A program made the translations under genes and the position numbers. Shown here in pieces: positions 1 through 10,475 of a DNA stretch of 64,000 nucleotides (position 1 is the stretch's first letter; each line of letters begins with the position of its first letter). This DNA comes from Candidatus Kaiserbacteria bacterium (GTDB taxonomy: Bacteria; Patescibacteriota; Minisyncoccia; Phycocordibacterales; UBA918). The notes beneath the pieces are model-generated. The model was not told the origin of the DNA, made no database searches, and was given only the letters and a program-made list of their open reading frames with translations. Where the stretch lies: assembly GCA_031430855.1 (NCBI GenBank), contig JANPCG010000012.1, positions 496 through 64,495 on the forward strand. Direction: 5' to 3'.

Positions 1-1
1 A

Positions 2-127
2 CCAGGAACAACGGTTGATGACATCACTGAAAGGGGCTGTGAGTCGCGCCCGGGGTTTGTATGGACCGAAACACAAATACCAAGAGCAGGCGGAGCTACA
101 CAAACAACCTGTATCTATGCACCGTAA
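2..127 (+). CDS. 3' end of a hypothetical protein (truncated by window edge)
   Basis: Frame 2 is open from the window start (PGTTVDD...TCIYAP) to TAA at 125-127, converging on yidC. Confidence 0.5.
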   Translation, partial: PGTTVDDITERGCESRPGFVWTETQIPRAGGATQTTCIYAP

Positions 128-140
128 GTTTTATTTGAAT

Positions 141-869
141 CTAGCGATGTTTACGAACAAAGATTTCTTGAATGAGGGTCACCACATTACTCACGACAAA
201 GTAGAGCGCAATTGCAGCTGAAAAGGTATACGCAATAAATACAATCATAATCGGCATAACATATTTCATTTGGAGTTGCATATTCCGCATAAAATCATCC
301 TTGAAGTCAGCCGGTGCACCATCCACTTTCGGAGGGAGAGCTGGCATCGCAAAATACATTGAGATAAATTGGGTTATTCCCGCCAATAGAGCGAGTGGGA
401 GATTTTTACCCGTAATGTCAATTTGACCTAAAAAATTCATTGATGCGAGAGCGGGGTTGGGAATAAATGAATAGAGAATTTCAGTGTTAATTTGTGGCAA
501 AATAACACCACCACCTTTCGATACTGCTAAATAGAGCGCAATCACAAATGGTAATTGAATGAAGATAAGCAGAATACTTGCAAACGGATTCATTCCGGCC
601 TCTTTATATACCTCCATCATTGCCTTAGCTTGTTCTTCTCGCTTATCTTTAAACTCAGCTTTAATAGCTTTGAGTTTTGGCTCCAACTCCTTCATTAACT
701 TTTGGGTTTTAACTGCTTTAATGGAAAGGGGGAATAGAATAAGTTTTACGACCGCTACCGTCGCAATAATGGCAAGTCCAACATCCCCACCCGGAATAAC
801 GTCAATAAAAAATACCAGTCCGTTATAAACTGGATCAAAAAATATGGTGTGCCAAATATATGTAAACAT
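141..869 (-). CDS. yidC: YidC/Oxa1 membrane protein insertase
   Basis: G.AII..T..VK.IL.PL, MKELEPKLK, NPFASIL..FIQLP and LYFVVSN motifs; located after rnpA. Confidence 0.95.
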   Translation of the reverse strand: MFTYIWHTIFFDPVYNGLVFFIDVIPGGDVGLAIIATVAVVKLILFPLSIKAVKTQKLMKELEPKLKAIKAEFKDKREEQAKAMMEVYKEAGMNPFASILLIFIQLPFVIALYLAVSKGGGVILPQINTEILYSFIPNPALASMNFLGQIDITGKNLPLALLAGITQFISMYFAMPALPPKVDGAPADFKDDFMRNMQLQMKYVMPIMIVFIAYTFSAAIALYFVVSNVVTLIQEIFVRKHR

Positions 870-880
870 GTGGGGCTATT

Positions 881-1222
881 CTACCGTGCTTTAGGGAGAT
901 AGGCGAGACAAAGGGTTTGTGCACATTCTTTGGCGAGGTCTGCTCGAGTAAGTGCCCCCGCTTGCGGCTTGGCAATGACAATACAAACCCCTTCTGCTAT
1001 AGCGTTTTCTTCTTTAAAACGGGCTACGCTCGCATAGAGACGTCGCCTTGTGCGATTTCTCTCCACCGCTGATTTAGAGACCTTTTTTCCCACCACTATA
1101 GAAATTTGAAAGGAAATGTTAGGGGTATATACCAGCGTTAGGGCAGGGGACTGGAATCGGCGCCCTCGTTTAAAAAACTCGGTGAATTTTGTGCGATTGA
1201 GACGCTCGGCTTTTTTAAACAT
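881..1222 (-). CDS. rnpA: Ribonuclease P protein component
   Basis: KKVSKSAVERNRTRRRL (RNR motif); rpmH-rnpA-yidC synteny. Confidence 0.95.
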   Translation of the reverse strand: MFKKAERLNRTKFTEFFKRGRRFQSPALTLVYTPNISFQISIVVGKKVSKSAVERNRTRRRLYASVARFKEENAIAEGVCIVIAKPQAGALTRADLAKECAQTLCLAYLPKAR

Positions 1223-1312
1223 ACGTGTGCACTTTCAAAGTGATACCTATAATTTTATACCATTTCTGGGTGACTGGTGGTACAAAAAAGCCCCGGCGGG
1301 GGCGTTTCTGGG

Positions 1313-1468
1313 TTATCGTGCTTTTGAAGGCTTTACGGTTAACAAAGCTCGTCCTTTTCGTCGTCTCGCCGCAATTATCTTAGCCCCAGCTGCAGTGGCC
1401 ATTCTGACCAAAAACCCGTGGGTTGTGGCACGCTTTTGCTTACTTGGTTGATAGGTTCTCTTACTCAT
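1313..1468 (-). CDS. rpmH: 50S ribosomal protein L34 (51 aa, not in ORF track)
   Basis: Manual translation [51 protein letters not shown]. Confidence 0.97.
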   Translation of the reverse strand: MSKRTYQPSKQKRATTHGFLVRMATAAGAKIIAARRRKGRALLTVKPSKAR

Positions 1469-1553
1469 ATGGATTTAGAATTAGTGGTAGAACTATACAT
1501 GAAATATTTCAGTTTGCAACTAGGGGAATGTCCCCGATAGTCTGTTTAAAAAG

Positions 1554-1573
1554 TTATGCACAGCTTATACACA
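1554..1573 (+). promoter_or_regulatory. Tandem DnaA boxes upstream of dnaA
   Basis: TTATGCACA (1554-1562) and TTATACACA (1565-1573) match TTATNCACA. Confidence 0.8.
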
Positions 1574-1678
1574 GTTGCGAATTTGGGGTGGTTGGGGAGG
1601 GGTACTTTTTGGTCGTTTTGTCCCGCGGGAGTTTACAGTTTTTGGTGTACCGGTATAATGCTGTACACACATCCGCAC

Positions 1679-3064
1679 ATGCCTCCTACTACTCATCCAC
1701 ATCCGCAAAACAGCATTGTTCGCACTGAACAAATTGATGTTAAACAGTTGTGGGATAATGCGTTGGTAAAAATTGAACTTTCAATTACTCCGGCAAATTT
1801 TAAAACGTGGTTTCGCGACACACACATCATTTCTTTAGAAGACGGTACTCTAACTATTGGGGTTCCAAGTGTATTTGTGCGCGATTGGTTGGCAGATAAA
1901 TTCCAATCAATGATCTTGAAGACACTACGTGAAATTACACCGTATGTTCGGAGTATTGAGTATGCCGTCATGCAACGAAGTGATAGACGTGGGGAAGGAA
2001 CAAAAACGCAAACAATTAACGCAGCTCTACCACTTGAAGACTACTACATTAACAAGAGTGATAATCTTAATCCTAAGTATTCATTTGAAACGTTCGTGGT
2101 TGGGCCATATAACGCACTGGCTCATGCCGCCGCTAAAACCGTAGCCGAGAAACCAGGGATTGCCTATAATCCACTCTTTATCTATGGAAAAACTGGTCAT
2201 GGTAAAACTCACCTCATTCAAGCTGTTGGTAACCAAATTAAAAAGTCGGGTAAAAAAGTATTTTATGTCACCAGTGAGCGGTTTGCCGTTGATTACTTTA
2301 ACTCCCTCCAGAGTGGTACCGCAAACAGTTTTAAGGATAAATACCGTCAGTACGATGTCCTTATTATGGACGACGTGCAATTCTTGGCAACAAAAGAAAA
2401 AACGCAAGAAGAATTATTTCATCTTTTTAATGCACTTCATGATACCAATAAACAAATTGTGTTCTCGAGTGATATGCACCCAGCACTCCTTGCTGGTTTA
2501 GAAGATCGTCTCCGTTCACGATTTGGGCAGGGGATGATTGTTGATATTCCAGCCCCAGATAGCGAATCACGTGCCGCAATCCTACGTGCCAAAGCGGCTC
2601 AGAATAGTATCTCTCTCCATGATGACGTCGTAGAGCACCTCGCCCACACCATTGAAGGAAATATCCGTGAACTTGAAGGTGCCCTCAATACCATAATGTG
2701 TCAGTCACAACTATTAGGGAGGACACTCACTATCGATGAAGTAAAAGCTATTATTAAAAATAGTAGCCGCCCACGTAAAACTCTTGCTGTTTCTGATGTA
2801 GTTGATAAAGTTGCCCGCTTCTTTGATATCGACCAAGCGAGTATTTATGAAAAAACCAGGCGTAAAGAGGTGGTTAAACCACGACAAATTATCATGTATA
2901 TCCTACGGGAGGATTTCCAGGTTTCTTACCCTGCGATAGGGAAGAAATTAGGTGGTCGCGACCACACAACGGTCATTCACTCGTGTGAGAAGATTAAACG
3001 AGACCTTAAAGTAGATTCAGAACTTGAAGAAGAAATCACTCAAGTTCGACTCCTCCTTAAATAA
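1679..3064 (+). CDS. dnaA: Chromosomal replication initiator DnaA
   Basis: YNPLFIYGKTGHGKTHL, DDVQFL, GGRDHTTVIHS. Start moved to the ATG at 1679 because the longer ORF runs over the DnaA boxes and promoter. Confidence 0.97.
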   Translation: MPPTTHPHPQNSIVRTEQIDVKQLWDNALVKIELSITPANFKTWFRDTHIISLEDGTLTIGVPSVFVRDWLADKFQSMILKTLREITPYVRSIEYAVMQRSDRRGEGTKTQTINAALPLEDYYINKSDNLNPKYSFETFVVGPYNALAHAAAKTVAEKPGIAYNPLFIYGKTGHGKTHLIQAVGNQIKKSGKKVFYVTSERFAVDYFNSLQSGTANSFKDKYRQYDVLIMDDVQFLATKEKTQEELFHLFNALHDTNKQIVFSSDMHPALLAGLEDRLRSRFGQGMIVDIPAPDSESRAAILRAKAAQNSISLHDDVVEHLAHTIEGNIRELEGALNTIMCQSQLLGRTLTIDEVKAIIKNSSRPRKTLAVSDVVDKVARFFDIDQASIYEKTRRKEVVKPRQIIMYILREDFQVSYPAIGKKLGGRDHTTVIHSCEKIKRDLKVDSELEEEITQVRLLLK

Positions 3065-3095
3065 AAAACATTGGTCCTCGGGACCAATGTTTTTT
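3063..3095 (+). terminator. Intrinsic terminator after dnaA
   Basis: AAAAAACATTGGTCC-TCG-GGACCAATGTTTTTT. Confidence 0.8.
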
Positions 3096-3390
3096 ATTTC
3101 TACACCCCATTGGTATAGCGTGGGGAAAAACAATGATAAAGCTGTTTATTTAGCCCTGAATAACCGCACAATCTTATCTCCAAGTGACCTTAAAACTGTG
3201 TATAAAAAGAGTTTTAATCCACAGCCCTTAAGACGAAGAGTAGTTATCCCTCTCCTTGTAAACACTATCCCCAAAGAAATACACAAGTATTGCGAAATAA
3301 TCAATGCTACAGTAGCGTTATAAATACAACATATATTTGCTTTATGCACACTTCCACACCCCTAATAAAGAAGAGTAAAATAATAAAAAA
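3096..3390. other. Probable oriC (dnaA-dnaN intergenic region)
   Basis: AT-rich, with DnaA-box matches TGTGTATAA (3197-3205), TAATCCACA (3215-3223) and TTATGCACA (3342-3350). Confidence 0.75.
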
Positions 3391-4485
3391 ATGAAAATAA
3401 CTATCAACCAACAAAAACTTATACACACACTAGAACTGATCACGAGAGTGAGTATCAAACATGTCACCTTACCGGTCTTGCAGTGTGTACTTATTACAGT
3501 GAAAGATTCACAAGTTACCTTTAAAGCCACTAATCTTGAAATCAGTATTGAAGTAACGAATGAAGCCCAAATAGAAACTGACGGAATTGTTGCGGTTTCT
3601 GCCACTACCCTACTTCAAGCAATTCAATACATCACAAAAAAAGATGTTGTATTATCAGTTGTTGATGGCGTATTAAGTGTTGATAGTGGAAGTGGAAAAA
3701 CGACTATTAATACTATGCCGTATGATGAGTTTCCATCTATAACAAAACTTACTACCCCAGGGGCGACGATTCAAAAACAATTTTTCTCCCTCGGTATCAA
3801 AACAGTTGGGTTTGCTGCGTCGCAGTCATCAATTAAACCAGAACTTGGAAGTATTTTTATCCAACAAAAAAGAGAACACTCTCTCACCTTTGTGGCAACA
3901 GATAGTTTTCGCCTAATGGAAAAGACAGTCCCGCAAAAAAACTTTGTTCTTGATCAAACATTACTTATTCCGCAAAAGAACGCAGTGGAGCTCGCTCGAA
4001 TTTGTGATTTACTTGAAAGTGACCCTGTACTCATAATTACTGAAAACCAATGTGCTCTCGCTTTTTCAGAAGGGGTCTATATAACGTCACGACTCATCTC
4101 AGGTTCATTTCCTGACTATGAGCAGATAATTCCTAAAGAGTACAGTACACACACCACTGTGCTCAAAAATGACCTTCTCCAGGCCTTTAAAAAGACTCAG
4201 GTGTTTCTTAATAAGTTTATGCAAGTAACGATGAATGTTTCAGTTGCTACCTTAGTCGTTTCTTCTCAAAATGGAGAAGTGGGCACCACAACTGATACTG
4301 TATCTGTCCAAACGAATGGAAATGATTTATTGCTTAACTTTAACCAACAGTATTTAATTGATCCACTTTCACACATCAGTGACGAAAGTATTATCTTGCA
4401 TTTTGCGGGGATTGGTCGACCACTCGTGATTCAAGGAGTATCTGATACAACGTTACGCTATTTAGTGATGCCAATGAATAAATAA
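3391..4485 (+). CDS. dnaN: DNA polymerase III beta sliding clamp
   Basis: ATNLE, VATDSFRL, SRLISGSFPDY and C-terminal LVMPM; follows dnaA. Confidence 0.96.
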   Translation: MKITINQQKLIHTLELITRVSIKHVTLPVLQCVLITVKDSQVTFKATNLEISIEVTNEAQIETDGIVAVSATTLLQAIQYITKKDVVLSVVDGVLSVDSGSGKTTINTMPYDEFPSITKLTTPGATIQKQFFSLGIKTVGFAASQSSIKPELGSIFIQQKREHSLTFVATDSFRLMEKTVPQKNFVLDQTLLIPQKNAVELARICDLLESDPVLIITENQCALAFSEGVYITSRLISGSFPDYEQIIPKEYSTHTTVLKNDLLQAFKKTQVFLNKFMQVTMNVSVATLVVSSQNGEVGTTTDTVSVQTNGNDLLLNFNQQYLIDPLSHISDESIILHFAGIGRPLVIQGVSDTTLRYLVMPMNK

Positions 4486-4587
4486 AATAAAACAACGACC
4501 GCTAGGTTGTATGTTTTATTTTATTCCCGATTTTCTATTCCTAATGAAAATCGCTGGAACGATAAATCTTAAATAGAGATAACCCGT

Positions 4588-4905
4588 ATGTATAAAAATA
4601 CACCCCCACACCCTAAAAAATCTCGACGGGGAGAAATTACAAAAATTTCGGACCTGTTTGAAAAATATAAAGTTACTTTACGGGCTCCACAGGGTGTTGT
4701 AGTAAAAGAGGTGATCGAAGTCATTACAGACTTAACAGGAATTACTCTACAATCGAAATATATCAAGTATGCCGTCTCTACAAAAACAATTTCTATTACT
4801 GCTCCGAGTATTGTGAAGCAGGAAATTACGTTACACCAAACAGAAATACTTTTGCATCTAAAAGCCCGACTCGGAGAAAAAAGTGTCCCAAAGATTATTT
4901 TTTAA
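4588..4905 (+). CDS. Putative DciA/DUF721-like helicase loader
   Basis: Small basic protein after dnaN with a DciA-like pattern (ITAPSIVKQEITLHQTEIL..LK..LG..KIIF). Confidence 0.5.
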   Translation: MYKNTPPHPKKSRRGEITKISDLFEKYKVTLRAPQGVVVKEVIEVITDLTGITLQSKYIKYAVSTKTISITAPSIVKQEITLHQTEILLHLKARLGEKSVPKIIF

Positions 4906-4938
4906 AAAACCCGCACACTTACTGTAAGGGTTTTTTAA

Positions 4939-7221
4939 TTAGTTTCGTGATCGGCGCGATCGTGGGGCGTCTTCTACTACTTCTTCCACCACCTCTTCTG
5001 GTGTCGTAGTGGCGTTGATGATACTTCCATAGGTCTCATTTTTCCATTTCTGAACGGCGTATTCCCAGTTTACATACGCATCGTCCGTTGCTGGATTAGA
5101 AGGGTTCGGTCCGCGTGGATTATTACGATTTACAAAGTGGAGGATATTATGAATGTTATTAATTACTCCTGAAAGATTCGGAACGCTGGAGCTTGCTTGG
5201 GCTTCTGCGAGGATCATGGTGGTATCAATGTAATCACCGCGAATGATTGGCTTTACGCCACTGAGGTCAATTTGTGGTTGGGCAAAACGTTCGTCAGGGA
5301 TTTTTGTGAGCGCAAAATCAAAGAACTCCCGCCACATTGGTGTCACAATAAGACCAGAGAGACCGCCTCCCATTGGTCTATTATCGTTATTTCCTACCCA
5401 CGTTCCGACCGCTAAATTTGGGGTGTATCCCATGAGCCACGCATCACGTAAGTTGTTTGTACTACCCGTTTTTGAGGCGACATCCCGTTCAGTGAAGTTA
5501 ACGAGTGAATTAGCTCCCCATAACGGAGTTCGAGCTACGTTATCAGTAAGAACGTCACTAATCATCAGGGTGGTATTTCGATCAAGAACTTGTTTTGTAA
5601 CGACCGTATTTTCAAATACAACCGCGCCGCTTGGGTCTTCTACCCGGAGGATACTCCTTGGTTCAGCGCGCAATCCTTCATTAGCAAATACACCGTACGC
5701 GTGGGTCATATCAAGGAGTCGAACCTCACCTCCGCCAAGGACAAGAGTAAGACCATATCGTTCAGGGTCATTTAGGGTAGTTAGTCCCATATCAGCGGCT
5801 AACTTGAGGGCATTTTTAGGCCCAGCGAGATAGAGTGTTTTAACTGCGGGAATATTAAGAGATTGGGCCATAGCGTTACGCATACTCACCGGACCAAGAA
5901 ACTTACCATTGTAGTTATTTGGTGAGTAACATGGTGACTCTGAACTGGTACTATCAGGAGGACAGAGCGGTGAGAACTGTGTTTTAACGTCAAAAACAAT
6001 GGTATTTGGGAGAAATCCCTTGGCGAATGCTGCGGCATAGATAAATGGCTTAATAGAAGAGCCTGGTTGTCGTTCAGCGAGTGCAATATTGAAGTTTCCG
6101 TCAATGTCTTCACTAAAGTAATCCTTTGAACCCACCATCACCAGCACGTCGCCGTTTTTAGGGTCAGTCGCCACCATTCCAGCATTATCCGCTTTAAAAC
6201 GTGTCACGTTAATTTCGGCGTGTTTCTTTACAATTCTCTCTGCCTCTTCCTGAAACTCATAGTTGAGGGTGGTAATAACCCTAAGACCGCGTTCAGCAAG
6301 GGCCTCTTCGCCAAATTGTTTAACCAGCTGTTCCCGAACAAACATAACAAAGTGAGGAGCCCGAATCCCAGAAATTGCTTGCGGGAGAAAGGTGACTTCA
6401 GAATCTTTAGCCTCATTATATTCGTCAGCAGTAATGAGTCCATTTTCTAACATTCGATTAAGTACGGTGTTTTTGCGAGCATCAAGATCTTCTCGATTAT
6501 TACCATACGGAGAGAGGTAGGTAGGTGCTTGGGGGAGGGCGGCAATATACGCCGCTTCTGCCAAAGTTACATCTGCTGAAGACTTACCAAAAAAAGCTTG
6601 CGAGGCCTCCTCAACTCCGTAAATCGTCCCCCCATACGGTGATTCATTAAGATAGATAGCGAGAATTTCATCTTTTGATAAGACACGTTCGAGTTTAACA
6701 GAAAGAATAGCCTCTTTAATTTTTCTGGTTAATTTTTTCTCGCGTTGTAAAACAGAATTTTTGATTACCTGTTGGGTAAGTGTCGAACCACCCTGTCCAC
6801 CAAGGAGGTTACCATCAGTAATGTTAACGTAGGCGGCACGCATAATTCCCCGAATATCAACCCCGGGGTGACTATAAAATCGCTCATCCTCAATCGCGAC
6901 CGTCGCGTTCTTTAAATAACGAGAAATTTTTTCGAAAGGAACAATCGTTCGCTTTACATCCTGATGGAGATCGTAGAGGAGGACTTCACCTGTGCGATCA
7001 TAGATTTTAGTTGACTGAAGGATTCTACGGTCTTCAAAAGAAGATAAATCAGGGATTTCCATAGTGGAAATCCAGATGAGGAGGGCGCTTATCCCAACCA
7101 CAAGCACAACAAAAAATACAATAATCGTATCGAGAATAAGTCCTTTATAGTGTTTCTTCCACCACTCTCGTGTAATAAATTTTTTCAACATAAACATACG
7201 TATATGGCCCAATAGTAGCAT
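4939..7221 (-). CDS. Class A penicillin-binding protein (PBP1A family)
   Basis: N-terminal TM; transglycosylase EDERFYSH, GGSTLTQQ, RKIKE; transpeptidase SSIK, SLN, KTG. Confidence 0.95.
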   Translation of the reverse strand: MLLLGHIRMFMLKKFITREWWKKHYKGLILDTIIVFFVVLVVGISALLIWISTMEIPDLSSFEDRRILQSTKIYDRTGEVLLYDLHQDVKRTIVPFEKISRYLKNATVAIEDERFYSHPGVDIRGIMRAAYVNITDGNLLGGQGGSTLTQQVIKNSVLQREKKLTRKIKEAILSVKLERVLSKDEILAIYLNESPYGGTIYGVEEASQAFFGKSSADVTLAEAAYIAALPQAPTYLSPYGNNREDLDARKNTVLNRMLENGLITADEYNEAKDSEVTFLPQAISGIRAPHFVMFVREQLVKQFGEEALAERGLRVITTLNYEFQEEAERIVKKHAEINVTRFKADNAGMVATDPKNGDVLVMVGSKDYFSEDIDGNFNIALAERQPGSSIKPFIYAAAFAKGFLPNTIVFDVKTQFSPLCPPDSTSSESPCYSPNNYNGKFLGPVSMRNAMAQSLNIPAVKTLYLAGPKNALKLAADMGLTTLNDPERYGLTLVLGGGEVRLLDMTHAYGVFANEGLRAEPRSILRVEDPSGAVVFENTVVTKQVLDRNTTLMISDVLTDNVARTPLWGANSLVNFTERDVASKTGSTNNLRDAWLMGYTPNLAVGTWVGNNDNRPMGGGLSGLIVTPMWREFFDFALTKIPDERFAQPQIDLSGVKPIIRGDYIDTTMILAEAQASSSVPNLSGVINNIHNILHFVNRNNPRGPNPSNPATDDAYVNWEYAVQKWKNETYGSIINATTTPEEVVEEVVEDAPRSRRSRN

Positions 7222-7380
7222 AATTTATACTCGTTACCGCATAGTAAAAGTAGTGTACCCTACCGGTTAAAACAACCCACACTCATCTCAGGTCGAGAAA
7301 CGTTTTATATAATGAATAGTAATGACGTCAATTTTTAATTCATTTCATTTTATTACGTACGGAAGTTGGTATTTATTCCA

Positions 7381-7416
7381 TCAAAAAAGCGATACCATGA
7401 GGTATCGCTTTTTTGA
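7381..7416 (-). terminator. Intrinsic terminator
   Basis: TCAAAAAAGCGATACC-ATGA-GGTATCGCTTTTTTGA. Confidence 0.75.
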
Positions 7417-7430
7417 TAGTTGGATTACTG

Positions 7431-7709
7431 TTACAGTTCGTCGATGTCGTCAAACGCATCGAATTCAACATCTTCAGCGTCGTCCTCGAGCTCTGCATCT
7501 TCATCTTCATTTTCCTCCTTCTCCTCTTCGTCATCATCATCTTCTTTAATTGGAAGAATTCCAAACCCTTCTAATGCTTCATCTTCTTCTTCAACCTCTA
7601 CTCCTGCCACCTCATCAAGTAAATCATCAGCCAAAGTCGCGTCGTCATCACTAAGTTCTTCTGGTTCTTCTATCTCATCATCATTGTGGCTAACAAAATT
7701 ATTGATCAT
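7431..7709 (-). CDS. Small extremely acidic protein
   Basis: D/E-dominated 92 aa ORF from MINNF; ends just before a terminator. Confidence 0.65.
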   Translation of the reverse strand: MINNFVSHNDDEIEEPEELSDDDATLADDLLDEVAGVEVEEEDEALEGFGILPIKEDDDDEEEKEENEDEDAELEDDAEDVEFDAFDDIDEL

Positions 7710-7924
7710 ACAAATTATTTTTATGTACAAGTTGTAGCAAAGGCGCTCATTTTTTGCAACCCTAATAACGTGACTTGTAAAATTTAGCCAGAAGATAGCG
7801 AGTCTGTACAATACCTCAGGCACGTAAATCTGACGTAGTTCTAGGTGCCGAGATAAAATGAGACGAAAATGTACATCTGTACGTTGAGTTTATTTTTTCT
7901 TGTTAACAACGAAATGCGTTAGAT

Positions 7925-8407
7925 TTACGTGCCTGAGCGACCATATTGGGCAAGGCAGGTTATACCAACTGCAATAGCATCATATTCGTCATCAAGAGCA
8001 TGGGTGGGTACGTTTGGAACTAAACGAGTAACCATCGCAAATACAGCCGCCTTATCACTACCTCCATGACCCGTTACGGCCACCTTTATTTCTTGTGGGC
8101 CAAACTCATAGACAACACAGCCCGCTTTTTTTGCCAGGTAGATAATGATACCTCGGGCTTGTGCGACACCAATTGCGGTTTTAATATTTTTATTAAAAAA
8201 TAACGTTTCGATACCAACGGTATCAGGTTCGTGCTGAGCAATCAGTACTTCCACCTCCTTCCCCATACTATGGAGACGATCAGGGAGGGTTTGTTTCTTG
8301 TCCGTTAAAACACACTCAGAATGAAGGAGGTGTTCTCGTCCATCGCGGTATTCCATTATCGCGACTCCAAGGCGGTCGTATCCAGGATCTATTGCGAGTA
8401 CTTTCAT
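7925..8407 (-). CDS. ruvC: Holliday junction resolvase RuvC
   Basis: LAIDPG, IETLFF, QARG, K.AVTG.G..DK, DDEYDAIA. Confidence 0.95.
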   Translation of the reverse strand: MKVLAIDPGYDRLGVAIMEYRDGREHLLHSECVLTDKKQTLPDRLHSMGKEVEVLIAQHEPDTVGIETLFFNKNIKTAIGVAQARGIIIYLAKKAGCVVYEFGPQEIKVAVTGHGGSDKAAVFAMVTRLVPNVPTHALDDEYDAIAVGITCLAQYGRSGT

Positions 8408-8448
8408 AATTATCCTCAGTGTATCACTGAATGAAAACGAATGAGTAA

Positions 8449-8997
8449 TTACCCAGTTTCTTCGAGTGTGTCTGCGGTTGTATAAACCTCCTGCACGTCA
8501 TCCTGGTCTTCGAGAGCTTCAATGAGGTTGGCTAATTTCTCACCATCTTCATCGCTCAGGTCAACAGAATTTTGTGGGACATACCCATCATTGGTTTTAG
8601 TGAACGCCCAGCTGGCACTGCCTGGTCCGCCAAGAGCCAGTCCGGCTTTGGTAAAGATGTTGCGGATTAGAGGGGCGGTACGATTGTTATTGTCGGTTAC
8701 GGCCAGAATTAAAATAGCTGTGCCGCCTGGGCCAAACGCCTCAAACATCACTTCAGTTAATGCGACTCCACTACCGCCAGCACCTTTAGCAATGGCTCGA
8801 TCAATATTTTCTTTTGGCATAGAATCTTTTTTAGCTCGTTCTATTACCGCAGCAAGACCGGGAGAGGTGATATTACCATTTGCTTTTCTTGATTCCATTG
8901 CTATCAACGTTGAATGTTTTGAAAAAATTTTACTGCGCACACCATCAGTGGCTGCTTTTTTGTGTTTAATCTTTGACCATTTATTATGTCCACTCAT
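8449..8997 (-). CDS. yebC: YebC/PmpR family protein (short form)
   Basis: MSGHNKWSKIKHKK, GPGG, TDNNNRT, LEDQDDVQEVY. Confidence 0.92.
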   Translation of the reverse strand: MSGHNKWSKIKHKKAATDGVRSKIFSKHSTLIAMESRKANGNITSPGLAAVIERAKKDSMPKENIDRAIAKGAGGSGVALTEVMFEAFGPGGTAILILAVTDNNNRTAPLIRNIFTKAGLALGGPGSASWAFTKTNDGYVPQNSVDLSDEDGEKLANLIEALEDQDDVQEVYTTADTLEETG

Positions 8998-9006
8998 AAC
9001 GTACTA

Positions 9007-9999
9007 TTATTTATTTTCTAAATGACTATAGGCAAGAGCACTTACAATTCGACCGCGTGGTGTTCGTTCAAGGAGTCCTTGGCGAATGAGGTATGGTTCA
9101 ATTACATCTTCAATGGTTGATTGTTCTTCTCCGGTCGCAGCGGCAATGGTGTTAAGGCCAACCGGGCCGCCACTGAACTTATGCATAATTGCTTCGAGTA
9201 CGGCTCGATCAGGAGCTCCGAGACCAAGCGTATCAATTTCAAGGAGAGTAAAGGTTCGATCGACAATGGTGGCATTTAGCTCTCCTTTTTCTAGCTGGGC
9301 TAGATCTCGGCAGCGCTTTAAGAGGTAGTTAGCCGTTCGGGGTGTTGCCCTGCAGCGGGTAGCAATATTCTGCATTACTGCGGGGGTGGCCTGCACCTTC
9401 AAGAGGGCGGCTGAACGCGTGAGAATCTCAGCGATTTCTGTGTCAGTATAAAATTCAAGCCTGAAGGTCCCCCCAGAGAAGCGACTCCGCAAAGGAGCTG
9501 ACAGGAGTGAAATCCGCGTCGTCGCAGCCACGAGAGTGAAGGGGGGGAGTTCAAGCTGTACGGTTCGAGCAGACGGTCCCTTCCCAATGATGATATCAAG
9601 TACGCCTGACTCCATGGCGGGGTAGAGCACCTCTTCTATGCTTTTTGAGAGGCGATGAATCTCATCGATAAAAAGAACATCCCCTGGAGAAAGATTGGTT
9701 AATATCGCTGCCAAATCCCCAACCCGTTCAATGGCTGGTCCTGAGGTCGTGCGCATATTGGTACCTAACGTCTTTGAGATCAGATGAGCGAGGGTGGTTT
9801 TACCCAATCCCGGTGGACCATAAAGGAGGATGTGTTCCGCAGCATGGCTCCGTTCTCGAGCGGCAGTAAGAAGAATACGGAGATTTTCTTTAATTTTACT
9901 TTGACCAACGTATTCCTCCCAGCTTTGCGGTCGCAGGGTTTGATCCAGGTGACCGGCATCATCGCGGGTAATTTTTGAACTTGAGAGCGGGGTCGTCAT
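9007..9999 (-). CDS. ruvB: Holliday junction helicase RuvB
   Basis: LRPQ, GPPGLGKTTLA, FIDEIHRL, EPYL, RTPRGR. Confidence 0.97.
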   Translation of the reverse strand: MTTPLSSSKITRDDAGHLDQTLRPQSWEEYVGQSKIKENLRILLTAARERSHAAEHILLYGPPGLGKTTLAHLISKTLGTNMRTTSGPAIERVGDLAAILTNLSPGDVLFIDEIHRLSKSIEEVLYPAMESGVLDIIIGKGPSARTVQLELPPFTLVAATTRISLLSAPLRSRFSGGTFRLEFYTDTEIAEILTRSAALLKVQATPAVMQNIATRCRATPRTANYLLKRCRDLAQLEKGELNATIVDRTFTLLEIDTLGLGAPDRAVLEAIMHKFSGGPVGLNTIAAATGEEQSTIEDVIEPYLIRQGLLERTPRGRIVSALAYSHLENK

Positions 10000-10185
10000 A
10001 GTAGCGTTAGTATAGCAATCTGAGGTTTATTTTGCACATCAGAGTACGTACTCAGAAAGGAAGAAGAAGGAGAGGTCTTGACAATTACAATAGACTATGC
10101 TAATATAACAAATGAAGCGCAGGTAGCCCTGCAACGCTCATTCATAAAAAACGATCATAGAACGCCAACCCTGGCGGAATTTTTT

Positions 10186-10428
10186 ATGTCAGCTGTCGTT
10201 CGAGCAGATAACTCTCTAAGCAACTTGAATACGTTGCGAGGATTACGTGGCGCCTACCCTAGAGTAGGAGTGCTGGGTAATCCCTTAGCGCGGTATTCAC
10301 TTTCAATGCGGAAGCATTGCTTAGAGAGTTATACACTTGAACGGATCAAAAAACTGGATGATGACTCTTTTCTGAAACGACTATATCACAGTAGAAATAA
10401 AATACAGCTTGACCGCAGTAAAATGTAA
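10186..10428 (+). CDS. Hypothetical protein
   Basis: Only ORF between ruvB and pilB; ends at a shared terminator; no motif recognised. Confidence 0.35.
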   Translation: MSAVVRADNSLSNLNTLRGLRGAYPRVGVLGNPLARYSLSMRKHCLESYTLERIKKLDDDSFLKRLYHSRNKIQLDRSKM

Positions 10429-10442
10429 CGTCAGGTTGTAAT

Positions 10443-10472
10443 AAAAAAAGCGACCGGTATGGTCGCTTTTTT
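10443..10472. terminator. Bidirectional terminator
   Basis: AAAAAAAGCGACC-GGTAT-GGTCGCTTTTTT between convergent ORFs. Confidence 0.75.
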
Positions 10473-10475
10473 ACA

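Noticed and set aside
1556-1678. N-terminal extension of DnaA in the ORF track
   Set aside because: It overlaps DnaA boxes and a TATAAT promoter; the ATG at 1679 is more plausible
7420-7737. Poly-Ser ORF on the + strand
   Set aside because: Antisense shadow of the Asp/Glu-rich gene
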